Notes: generated by a model not told the origin, from the sequence alone. Counted from the first letter of the stretch, positions 51,951 through 62,715 are shown. The stretch is DNA of 64,000 bases from Asterias rubens (GCF_902459465.1 NC_047076.1:9176001-9240000), one strand, 5' to 3'. Numbers and translations are program-made.

Positions 51951-52578
51951 ATAGTTAATGGCCTGACGTTTCGACCCTAGCAGAGTCTTTCTCGAAGGCT
52001 AAATGACAACACAACAAACATGAACAGGTAACTAAGTGAAACATAAGCAGTGAAGTGGAAATACATGAATGGGGTTAGAAAGCATACATAAAAAAGCAGG
52101 GGGTAAACAATAAATAGGGGGACAAAAAAGGGGGGGGGGTGAAGGGAAGGGGCTGGCTTGACCACAAGCAAGAATATGGAAACACAAAGGACAACATCGA
52201 GGGTGGTGAGGTTGGGTAAAAAGTAATTTATATTAGTGAATGAGGCTCAGGCTAAAAGGCTATGGGGAAAAAAGGAGACGGCAAAACAAAAGGTTTATTA
52301 GTCGTAATAGTCGTAAACCTCACCACCCTCGATGTTGTCCTTTGTGTTTCCATATTCTTGCTTGTGGTCAAGCCAGCCCCTTCCCTTCACCCCCCCCCTT
52401 TTTTTGTCCCCCTATTCATTGTTTACCCCCTGCTTTTTTATGTATGCTTTCTAACCCCATTCATGTATTTCCACTTCACTGCTTATGTTTCACTTAGTTA
52501 CCTGTTCATGTTTGTTGTGTTGTCATTTAGCCTTCGAGAAAGACTCTGCTAGGGTCGAAACGTCAGGCCAATTACTAT
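51951..52578. mobile_element. Penelope-like inverted pseudo-LTR remnant: about 262-bp inverted arms with a 103-bp spacer and hammerhead-like motifs
   Basis: 51951-52212 is the reverse complement of 52316-52578; CCTTCGAGAAAGACTCTGCTAGGGTCGAAACGTCAGGC motif; related copies near 14700-14820 and 42645-42680. Confidence 0.6.
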
Positions 52579-52796
52579 TGTTGTAAGGTCGGTAGTATTG
52601 GATCTTACCTAAATCTCAGGCCGAGTCCCGTTGGGCCTGTCGTTATACTGGAGAGCTAGAATATAGACTACTACACAGGATGACTGGTGGGCAACGGACT
52701 GCCGATGGCCAGGCCACGGGGTGCTGCCCAGCCACCGGTCACGCCCGACTGGTTTATTGCTCAATCAATAACATCATCAATAACATCATCACAACA
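52579..52796 (-). repeat. 3' LTR (218 bp)
   Basis: Direct repeat of 61686-61903; AATAAA on the minus strand at 52752-52757. Confidence 0.97.
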
Positions 52797-52805
52797 CTCT
52801 TCTCC
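52797..52805 (-). other. Polypurine tract (GGAGAAGAG)
   Basis: Purine run abutting the 3' LTR on the minus strand. Confidence 0.75.
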
Positions 52806-53198
52806 GTTTTTTTTTTTTTGTTTTTTTTTTTTGACAAAGGCATCTGTTATATTCAAAATAAACCTCGAACTTTTTACTTCAGGTTCGGCTTCACTTTATT
52901 TTTTAAACAAAAATAGCCAATCAATTGGTGAGAAAAAAAAAGTTGGATTACACCAATATATCAAAATTGCTGTCAAAATATTCCACTTAGCAACTACACT
53001 AATTTAGGAAGTTTTTAGAAACTAATGCAAACAAAACAAAAAAACAAACATCATAAAATACTCCTATCACATTTAGGTAAAAATCAAGAAGTTATAGAGG
53101 TCCAATTGTACATGTAATAGTTGTGTGAATATTGCCTACCAAAATTCAGTCTGAAAATTGTTACTGACAGTAATGCTTCTGAGATTCATGTTAAATCT

Positions 53199-54028
53199 TT
53201 AAATGTGAACTGAGTACATCCGCCTCGTGTTACTTAGACAGTGAAGCAAAACTTCGTCGACGACGACACCACGAACCTTTGCTACCTCGTAGGCAACATG
53301 AATGGCCATTGTAGGGTTGCTGACAAGGGTCGCCCTGGGAAAACCTCTCGGCACAAAGTAGGGGGCGTCGGTCTCCAGGAGGAGTCGCTCAAGAGGGATG
53401 TTCTTGGCGACACTTCCTGGACCTTGACTCCCCCAGGTGACAAGTGGTGTTAACCCGACGTATAAATTTGGGAAGGTAGAACACCACTTGCTTGCCGACT
53501 GCCATCCCCGGGTGAAACAATGTAAATGTATCTTCCAGTACCGGGGAAGGCAGTCAGAGACTATCTCGAAGCAATCGTCGTCAGCATCCCTACAGTGGAT
53601 TATTACTGGTTTGTTTGCTTCCCTTGCAGTAGTAAGGAGTTGTCGCAGAGTGGCTTTCTGGGCTTTACTATGCTTACGGTGGCATCCCGAGTAGTCGAGC
53701 CCGACTTCCCCCAGGGCACACACTTAGGGTGTTCCAGCAAACGCAGAATCACCTGGTGTATGTCCTGGGAGAATTCGCTCGCTTTCTTGGGATGCAACCC
53801 TACTGCTGCATAGATTAAAGGGTCTGCAATTAGGCGCAGCCACCGTGGGGTGTCGCAGTACACCTCTGGGTCGCAAAAATTGGCAATGCAACCCAGAAAA
53901 CCACTCTGCCCGCCTACTGCCTCCTGGCGACTGTGGAGATACCCGCTCAGAGTGCCAGAATATTTTACACGGTTGAACAGGCGGTCTACATGACAATGGG
54001 AGTCGATAAATGCTCCCTTGGGCTCCAT
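53199..54028 (-). CDS. TatD-family (TATDN2-like) nuclease encoded inside the retrotransposon, about 276 aa, with one 1-nt frameshift near 53717
   Basis: FIDSHCH, VGLHP, (A)LGEVGLDYS, IIHCRDA, LHCF and LLLETDAPYF; intronless; lies between the pol stop and the PPT; frame stays open upstream to 54361. Confidence 0.93.
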
Positions 54029-54410
54029 CACAGGGGAGCCCCAGGACAGTAGACGCTGGAGTGTTCTCCAGTGGAAGATTGAGGAGATGCGTTTGGGCTC
54101 CACCAGATCTCGATCCACCACTGGAGACAGGCCAACGAACACATCATACGAGTCCCAGACTGCCTGTTCTTCCTGCTGGAACGACGAGCGGGCATCCCCA
54201 AGACGTTGTTTGCAAATAAAGCTAAGTAACTCCGATGGCGATGTAACTCCCGTGGTGTCACGAACCCTTTTACCAAAAATACCAGCTGGGGCAGGTGTCG
54301 GCCTGCGTGGAAGGGGCCGTGTGTTCTTACATGGGTAGCTATTTCTATTGACTTTATATATTCACACACATATTTTTGTGTTATGGTTTTTACATTCATT
54401 TGTTTAGGGC

Positions 54411-57400
54411 CTACTGATCACGGAATCGCCGTGGTTGTTTTACCACCCTCCCACTTCTTGTGGTGTATGTCTGTGTGTCGGTGGGACCCTGGTGATTGGA
54501 GGATTTGTCACCCTGGCAAATCTGATTGGGTTGTTCTAGTGGCACATGTGCGTTTGGGACGAACTTTCCCTCCCCAAAAAGACGATTTCGAGCTCTACGC
54601 AACCAAAGGGGGATTTCCCTATCCTCACACCTTTTGAGCAGGTCATGATGGAGGACTTGTGACTTTTTCCTCCCTTGTACTTGATACAATATTGGGGAGA
54701 GAACTTTGGTCACCAAAAGGGGTCCCTGCCAGGTGGGTTGTAGTTTTCGGGACTGTCCAACCTTGAACGACTTGATTAATTTGTATACCAAATCCCCCTC
54801 ATTGAAAGGCAAATGGCGAATGTTGCGATCAAAGTAGTTCTTCTGCTGTGTTTGAGTTGAGCCAATGTTTTCCCGTGCAATAGAATGTATTCTACACATT
54901 CGTTTTCTTAGGTCCCTTACATAGGCATTCGGTTCGTTCTCTTCTGGACTACTAGGTGGTATATTGAAAACTAGATCAACTGGTTGCCTAACCTCCCTAC
55001 CCAACATCATAGGTTAGGGGTCATGCCCGTTTGTCGATTTGGAAGACAGCGAATGGCTGCCGTTAATATAGGTAAATCTTCATCCCATGTCAGAACCTTT
55101 CCCTTAATGTGGCATCTCATAACCTGTAGAAGTGTTCTGTTATAGCGTTCCACTTGCCCATTTGAACAGGGTCGATAAGGGGTTGTTCGTGTTTTGGTTA
55201 TGTCAAGCAAATCACAGACAGCTTGAAATAGAGAGCTCGTAAAGTTTCTACCTTGATCTGTGTGTATTTGCGTGGGGCAACATAACCGAGATATAAAGTT
55301 ATCTATAACGGCTTTTGCCACGGATTGTGCAGTTTGATCAGGGAGCGGGTACGCTTCTAACCATTTGGTAAACCGACAGACCAACATAAGAATGTATTTA
55401 TTGCCTGATGATGATGGGGTAAACGGGCCAAGAATATCAATATGTATCCGTTCAGTAGGAGCCCCGCATGATACTTTGTCATTGGTGCTTTTGCCAAGCG
55501 TGAGGGTTTTTTATATACATTGGTTTCCCTGCATGATTTAACGTGTAAGGAGACATCTTCAGACATCTTGTACCAATACGAAGTCTGTTGCACCTTTTTC
55601 AGGGTTCTAGTGATTCCTGGGTGACCGGCCATCTTGGAATTGTGACAAAGGTTGAGGATTTCTAGTTTTAAGCCTGCTGGAACCAACAATAGATATCTAC
55701 TTGAACATTCGTCGACCCACTTGTAATAAAGTACACCATCTAACAACTGTATGAGTGGGGCATTCGACCATAAGTATTTAACTGCCCTTGACTGGATTTG
55801 AAATTCGTTTGGTTGAGGTGTGAACTCGTTGTTTGTAGCTATTGACTGTTCTTTCCACTTATGCAATTGTTTAAGGTCTGGGTCTTTGAGCTGTAAATCC
55901 CTTAGCTGGCGATGTGTGTATTTGTTGGCTATTGATAATTCTTCATCCCGTATGTGTTGGTTACTGGTGTTTAATCCCTCATCATTTACGACCGTGGAGG
56001 CCATTCCCCCATCCAGTAAAAACTGGTTGGTCGGGTCCGGACCTTCACGGTAGTCCGAGTTGGTATCCGGGGCCGTCCCCCCTTCCAGCACAGGCTGGTT
56101 GTAAGAGTCAGGACCCCGGTTGTAGTCAACTAGTTCACTTTGTTCGTTATTTGTGAGCACGTGTTCTTCCCCCTCATCCAGTAAAAACTGGTTGTTGGGG
56201 TCAGGGTCCACGTGATCACACCCCCCAGTTATTAGCTGTGTTGGAATTGGTCCGCTAGATGTTTTTGACCGCGTTGTGATCTCGCGAACGGCTAGGGGGA
56301 TGACGTCGTCAACGTCATCCTCGAACCGTTGCCATTGTACGTGGACACGTGAACAGTGTTTGCAACCGCCGCATGGGAGACTTTCAACGTCACAACCGGC
56401 GTAATAGCAGCTGCAACTTGCAATATCGCTGGGAATACGAGAAAGAGAGTCTGCATTGGTATGATGTGAGCCCTTTCTGTGCAAAATGATCATGTCATAC
56501 TGACTCAGTTCTTCCATCCACCTAGCTAACATACCAGATAAGTTCTTAAAGCGCATCAACCATACGAGACTACTATGGTCGGTACGAACGTAAAATCTAC
56601 GACCGAGTATGTAGTGGCGAAACTGGCGTGTAAATCGCACTACTGCAAGGAGCTCCCTGCGAGTAGTGCAGTACTTTCTTTGCGCTGGGGATAAAATGTA
56701 ACTACCGTAGCCAAGCACTCGTTCAACTCCATCTTGGATTTGGAGCAATTCCGCCCCAATAGCAAATTCTGAGGCATCAGTGTCCATTACAAAAGGCTCG
56801 TCCGTATTGTTCCTTGGGAACGAAAGTACTGGGCTACTAGTGAGTGCTTGCTTCAATTGTTGGAATGCTTGCTCATGTTCGGTTTGCCACACAAATTTTG
56901 CTCGTTTGGTGGTAAGGTCATACAATGGTTTCGCTATACTTGCAAAATTTCTTACATGGGTTCTGTGGTAATTTGCCAGACCCATGAATTTCTCCACGTC
57001 TTTGCTAGAGGTTGGTGTCGGCCATTTTTGAACGGTTTTGACGCTGCTAGAGTTGGGTGAAATTCCTTTGTCGCTGACTAGTTTCCCCAGGAAGATCACT
57101 TCTTTCTGGAGCAAGTGACATTTTTTTGATTTTAGCTTGATGTTATGTGTTCGGAATCTTCCCAAGACACTTTTTGAACGGTTTTGACGCTGCTAGAGTT
57201 GGGTGAAATTCCTTTGTCGCTGACTAGTTTCCCCAGGAAGATCACTTCTTTCTGGAGCAAGTGACATTTTTTTGATTTTAGCTTGATGTTATGTGTTCGG
57301 AATCTTCCCAAGACACTTATGAGGTTCCGTACCGAATCCTCAAAGCCTTTCCCAAGAATAATAATGTCGTCTAGATAGGCGAGCACCTCGTTCCAATGCA

Positions 57401-58931
57401 GACCTCTGAGTATGAGTGTCATTGCGCGCTGGAATGTGGCCGGGGCGTTGCATAACCCGAACGGCATGCGTTGATACTCGAATAGTCCATATTTGGTGAT
57501 GAACGCAGTTTTGTGCATATCGCTCTCACCAAGCTCAATCTGGTAATAGCCACTGCTCATATCTAAAGTGCTAAAAAATGTTGTATCTTCGAGTACATCT
57601 AAGCATTCTTCAATGTTAGGTAAAGGAAATGCGTCTTTGATCGTTACGCTGTTTAAGGCTCTATAATCAATACAATAGCGGACCCTTCCATCTTTCTTTC
57701 TAATTAACACAGGGGGAGAGGCCCAGTCTGAAGAAGATGGTTTAATCACCCCTGATGCTAACAAGGCATCCAGGTGGCTCTTCTCTTCTGCCTCAAACCC
57801 AAGGGGCGTTCTTCTCATTTTTTGTCTGACTGGCCTGGCATTCCCAGTGTCAATTGAATGTTTAATTGAGGAGAACCTCCCTAGATCCATATTGTCCCTT
57901 GAAAATACGTCACTAAATTCAGTCAGGACATTGGCTAATATGGTGGATTGATCAGAAGATAAGTTTTTACTGGAATTCTGCCAGAGTTCAGCAATGTGTG
58001 TAGGCAATGTCTGCACCTGTTGCACAGTAGCTGCCTTATGCATGTTTTCTGACTTAGATCCCCTGTATTCATCAAGGTCTGGTAGGTCAGCTATTGAATG
58101 ATCACTAACTGGTATAATTTCGTCAACTTCTTCGGCTCTACCGATCACGTGTCCCCTTTTTAGGTGTATATAGCGATCACTATCGTTCCGCACTGTTATA
58201 AACAGACCCGTTCTAGCCGCCTGTACGGGGTTCGTGTTGCTCTTTAAAGAAACCAAACTATAAGGTATGCTCAAACCTTTGTGGTCATGTTCAGGAGCGT
58301 GTATCATGTACATCTTGTCTGTATTGTGAGTGAATTTGACTTCTGCAGTGACTACTGAGTTTGGGGGAACAACAAATTTCCGTCCTAGTTCTACTCTTTG
58401 CGTTGAGTACAGTTTGTGTTGGTTTTTCCTCATATCTGCATAAATTCTATTGCCGTTGATAGTGACGACATCACCTTTCAAGTCAATTTTGGCATTATTC
58501 GCTTTCAGAAAATCAAGCCCGAGTATGAACTCATCCGAAATCGGAGCAATTAGGATATCCCATGAGTATTTACTGCCTCCTATTTCGAGTGGTATGTTTG
58601 GAACTCTGTTAGCAACCATGTTACTAGACTTTTGCGCCCCTCTAAGTAAGACCTTTTCTATTGAAATGAGGGGTGGTTTTATTCGTTTTGCCAATCCCTC
58701 ACTGATTATTGAAACTTGTGCGGCAGTGTCAATTGTGGCGTGAGCAGGGACACCTTGGATTTTGAGAGGTATAACCAGACTAATTCCATCATAGTTAGAT
58801 GATACCTGCACCTCTCTTAGTCTGATTCCGAGGTTGCTTTGGTTGGACCTATTTGTTTTGAAAGTTTCATTGAAATGACCGTCACTTACAGCCGAACAGT
58901 GGTCAATGCGCCCGGCTTCTAGTAGTTTAAA
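54411..58931 (-). pseudogene. pol: Pol (protease, RT, RNase H, integrase), disrupted as assembled by a 146-bp duplication and two 1-nt deletions
   Basis: IDTAA (PR); YCIDYRALN, LDMSSGYYQI, MPFGLCNAPATFQR, YLDD (RT); DTDAS, RRELLAVV, RTDH (RH); HIDILGP, HTDQGRNF, NGQVERYN, WQGP (IN); frameshifts near 57170, 55463 and 55010. Confidence 0.93.
58876..58931 (-). promoter_or_regulatory. -1 programmed ribosomal frameshift signal: U UUA AAC slippery heptamer plus H-type pseudoknot
   Basis: Heptamer at 58931-58925 in gag frame; a -1 shift enters the open pol frame; 7-nt spacer; stem 1 AGCCGGG/TTCGGCT, stem 2 TGACC/GGTCA. Confidence 0.8.
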
Positions 58932-60826
58932 TGTCGCGCTTTACTCGCTGGGGACGGTGATCGCGATCTTGTTCTCCTACTTGGGCAATCGCGAGCAAAG
59001 TGACCTATCTGATTACACTCAAAGCCTTTATATTGCTGTGGTAGTCTAGAGGTCTGCCCAGATGGACTTGAGCCACGTGTTGGCGAGTTCGAGACTCTAG
59101 GTGGTGTAGGGGGTGTGGGTCTTGACATAGCGAAGGGTTTGGGTTTGGTCAAAGTATCACCAGTAGTCTCATGTGAGGAAACTGACTTAGGGTTTACCGA
59201 GCGGTTGGCTTGGGGGTTTCTAACATAAGATAGAATTTCACGCATGTTTTGGTTTATTTCAGACCAGTCCAAGTTTACATTGATCTTATCTTCGCCCATT
59301 TGGTTTATTTGTACTCGTCTGATCGATGGCAATGGATCATCATCAACGAATGACACATTTCGAACCCTGGGCCTTCCGGGGCGGGACAAAAGTTTGTGGT
59401 TGTGTGCCGCCGTTTGCGTAAATTGCACCGCTTCATTGAGTGTCTTTGGGTCTCTATGAAGTGCCAATTCGGCAGAATCAACGTCACTGCAGCCTTTTAG
59501 GAACGCCTCTCTAGCTAGGGTTTCAAACAAATCTATGCTAGCAGTTGGGTAGGCGCGACTGGCTATTTGACGCACGCGCTGCCCATACTCCTCTAGAGAC
59601 TCGTCTTCCCTTTGTCGGATTGCCGCAAGCTCTGCCCTTTGTATTATAGGGTCCCTCATTTTCCCAAACATTTTCATAAGTTGATCTTTGGTTTTGATAT
59701 AGCTGCGCCTGGTTTCTGGTTTCTGCCAGGCATAACAATCTAGAGCTTTTCCAATGAGTGCCCCAACTAGTTGCAAAAGTTTCGAGTGCTCATCCCATTG
59801 ATAACAATCAGCCATCACTTCAAACTTAATTATGAAAGCGTGGAAGTCACTTTTTCCGTCATAAGGGGGAAGCTTGGGCAATGCCAGTGACGGTGTCTTA
59901 ACAGTACATGTATTGTGGTTTAACTGAGTCCCAATTGCAGGTGGATTTGCGATTGTAGTTCTAGCTATTGTACCATACTCCGGAATGTTATTTGTTAGTT
60001 GTTCATACCCTGAAAGCCCGTGTGTTTTTTTAGCATACCCCGGAGGAATTACTGTGACTTGTTCCGCGGGCAATGGCTTTTGTGCGGCGTATTGGGGCAT
60101 TGTGGGGAGTGGCTTTTGTTGGCTCCCACTGGCCTGCCCAGAAGGGATGAATGGTTTTTGTTCAGTTGACAATGGCTTTTGTTGAGTTTGCTGGAGCTCA
60201 GTCAGGTTTGGCTTTTGTTCGCTATTGTCGTCTAACCCGTTATGCACTAATCCCATAATGTGGCTTGGAATTGGAGGGGCTTTATCCCGGATAACCTTAA
60301 GTGTGGCGTCTATTATGTGGTCGCCAGTGATCTGTGCAGTGGCGGGAATATGTTTTTGTTTTGAATCCACCATTAATGGCTCGTGGCCCTCCCCCTTTAA
60401 CATGCTTGTTATTTTGCTTTCGAAGCCCATGCTTTGAACGCACATTTTCCCAACAGCTTCGGTTATGGCTCCCATGTTTGATTTCAATGAACTAGTGACT
60501 GGTACAGTGTTTTCCTCCACAACCTTGGTTAGAATACTAATGTGCTTAGTTAGAACGTCCAGGCTGTGAATTATGTTATCTAGCTTATTGTTTTCTTGTT
60601 CTGGTTGTTCAGGCGAAATCAAGGTTTCGGTGTGTTCGAAAGAAACTAACTTCTTCTCGCTTAAATGTAGTTCGTGTAGTTTAGTTTGCAAAGCAGGTGT
60701 TTCGTGGAAATCATCTATTACTATCGTCCCTTTGAGTTCTTTCATGGAGACAATAGTTTGCGCATATTTTGTTCCAATGCCTGGCAAAGTTGTCAATTCC
60801 TTAAGGGATGCCTTATTTATGTTCAT
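58919..60826 (-). CDS. gag: Gag (635 aa) with an N-terminal ComEA-like helix-hairpin-helix motif, capsid-like region and mutated zinc knuckle
   Basis: MNINKASLKELTTLPGIGTKYAQTIV; LPPYDGKSDFHAFIIKFE..W; knuckle GFECNQIGHFARDC with the first Cys read as Gly (GGC). Confidence 0.9.
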   Translation of the reverse strand: MNINKASLKELTTLPGIGTKYAQTIVSMKELKGTIVIDDFHETPALQTKLHELHLSEKKLVSFEHTETLISPEQPEQENNKLDNIIHSLDVLTKHISILTKVVEENTVPVTSSLKSNMGAITEAVGKMCVQSMGFESKITSMLKGEGHEPLMVDSKQKHIPATAQITGDHIIDATLKVIRDKAPPIPSHIMGLVHNGLDDNSEQKPNLTELQQTQQKPLSTEQKPFIPSGQASGSQQKPLPTMPQYAAQKPLPAEQVTVIPPGYAKKTHGLSGYEQLTNNIPEYGTIARTTIANPPAIGTQLNHNTCTVKTPSLALPKLPPYDGKSDFHAFIIKFEVMADCYQWDEHSKLLQLVGALIGKALDCYAWQKPETRRSYIKTKDQLMKMFGKMRDPIIQRAELAAIRQREDESLEEYGQRVRQIASRAYPTASIDLFETLAREAFLKGCSDVDSAELALHRDPKTLNEAVQFTQTAAHNHKLLSRPGRPRVRNVSFVDDDPLPSIRRVQINQMGEDKINVNLDWSEINQNMREILSYVRNPQANRSVNPKSVSSHETTGDTLTKPKPFAMSRPTPPTPPRVSNSPTRGSSPSGQTSRLPQQYKGFECNQIGHFARDCPSRRTRSRSPSPASKARHLNY

Positions 60827-61673
60827 GATTATATTTGGTGTACAATAATCCTTGGGGAAATAGGTAGGGCCTAATACAATTATGTAACAAGAAAAGTTGG
60901 TATTCAAAGTATGGCTATATTGCCCGTCATTAAGCTATACTGCCAACGCTCCTGTCGCAATGACGCACAACAGGTTGACCTGATTGACAGTATTTTAACT
61001 TTGGTGTTTATTTTTTTTTTTTTTTTAACACGTATCGCCAAATTTTTATAAATGAAAGCTGACAATTTTTGTTTCGCTGTTCAAAATTAAAAGTACGTAC
61101 CACGCATGCAGGAATACCAACTTTATATTAATACAGTGTACATGTAAATGCAAAAATACAAGACGGAGATATATTGTGACTATAGGCTACAACAATTCCG
61201 GCAAAAGCTGAAAATGTTGAAAGCTATAACATACTAAAATTGAGCAGTATACAAGTATATACAAACATAAAATTCATTGATATTCCTAAGGTCTGTATGA
61301 ATGCATAAATACTTCAACAATTTCGGCGAAAGCTGATTATGTTAAAGGCTACATGTATATACTAGTTAAATTCAATGACGTACACAGACTACAAAAATTT
61401 CGGCGAACGCTGATTTTCTTGAAGAATATATACTTAAATTCAGTGAGATAATTGTGGTGCTTAACCATCGACAGCTTTCACCAAAAAGTAGATTTTTGTC
61501 GATGTAACTAATGATTTAATGTGCTATTAATAAGAAAAACCCCAAATTGCACAACTCCAAATGTTTTGCACTTGGGAAATAAATTAGTCCCGTGAATTCC
61601 TCACAGGGACTTATAATTTAATAATTTAACTACTGATAAATAAATCGCACGCAACTATTTACGCAACAATTTA

Positions 61674-61684
61674 CCTCGTCGCCA
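61674..61684 (-). other. Primer-binding site TGGCGACGAGG, complementary to the 3' end of tRNA-Ser(GCT)
   Basis: 1 nt downstream of the 5' LTR; metazoan tRNA-Ser(GCT) ends CCTCGTCG-CCA (recalled). Confidence 0.85.
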
Positions 61685-61685
61685 A

Positions 61686-61903
61686 TGTTGTAAGGTCGGT
61701 AGTATTGGATCTTACCTAAATCTCAGGCCGAGTCCCGTTGGGCCTGTCGTTATACTGAAGAGCTAGACTATAGACTACTACACAGGATGACTGGTGGGCA
61801 ACGGACTGCCGATGGCCAGGCCACGGGGTGCTGCCCAGCCACCGGTCACGCCCGACTGGTTTATTGCTCAATCAATAACATCATCAATAACATCATCACA
61901 ACA
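61686..61903 (-). repeat. 5' LTR (218 bp)
   Basis: Direct repeat of 52579-52796 with TGTTGT/ACAACA termini. Confidence 0.97.
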
Positions 61904-62601
61904 CTATCAAATTATATATCCACTTTAAGAATTAAATTAACAATGGAAGTCTATTGCCGTCTAGTGTCTTAAGGCATCCACTTTCTCCTTCATTTTTTTC
62001 AGCAACCTTGGTCCCATGGGTGCATCATATGAAATCCTCACCTCACTAACAACACGGTGGGATTCAGTGATTCACAATTCCGATTGGCTCCATAAAGTGA
62101 CTGATAATTTAACCCTTTGGTGCACAAGGCGGTCACTAGCGACCACCAAAAACACGTCAAATTGGACTTTTATTAGCAGTGTTAACTTAAAAACTACAAA
62201 CTTAAAAACACCCTATATATATCGCCCTCAATCGGTCGTTTAGAGTGAGTGTTGAGCTTTCGTTTGGTGTGATGTTCAACAGGGGGTGCTATTGGAAAAA
62301 TTCAGAACTGTATTCCTATATTCAGCGGTGTGATTTCTCCAACCCCCCCCCCCCAGAAATTTTTTTTGATTTAAATAAATTACTCATGAAAACATGAAGC
62401 TAGAAACCATATAGAAACCATATACTGCAGACGGACGTTTAAAAACCAAAGACAAATGTATGTAAACAGGCTTCGCGCTTGCAAGCTTTCACGTTTTGCA
62501 CTCACAGTTCATGATTTTTCAACAGCCTATCCAATCCATGTATAATGTTTAGTTAATACCTGGATGGTTGCCATGGTAACTCAGTAGCATTTTTGTTTCA
62601 G

Positions 62602-62715
62602 GATCCACAGGTCGAGACTGGAATAAAATGTAACAACCGTTACATGTGTAAATCGAACTTCACGTGCTGTATGACCACGACAGTGGGGAAGTTTGCGTGC
62701 TGTCCGTTGCCAAAG
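62602..62715 (+). CDS. GRN: Divergent granulin module 7, N-half exon (DPQVETGIKCNNRYMCKSNFTCCMTTTVGKFACCPLPK); the gene continues beyond the window
   Basis: Acceptor TTTTGTTTCAG, C-C-CC-CC pattern, phase-0 donor AAG|GT; an alternative acceptor at 62610 is possible. Confidence 0.85.

Larger units (their letters stand above)
52579..61903 (-). mobile_element. Full-length Ty3/Gypsy LTR retrotransposon (9325 bp) with an extra TatD ORF, intronic and antisense in GRN
   Basis: 218-bp TG...CA LTRs with 2 mismatches; 4-bp TSD CTAT (52575-52578 and 61904-61907); PBS, PPT; gag then PR-RT-RH-IN order. Confidence 0.97.

Noticed and set aside
51977-52552. Two ORFs on opposite strands encoding the same hydrophobic peptide
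   Set aside because: An artefact of the inverted repeat; low-complexity sequence, not a gene
52797-54410. An env gene in the Gypsy element
   Set aside because: The 3' ORF is a soluble TatD fold with no signal peptide or transmembrane segment
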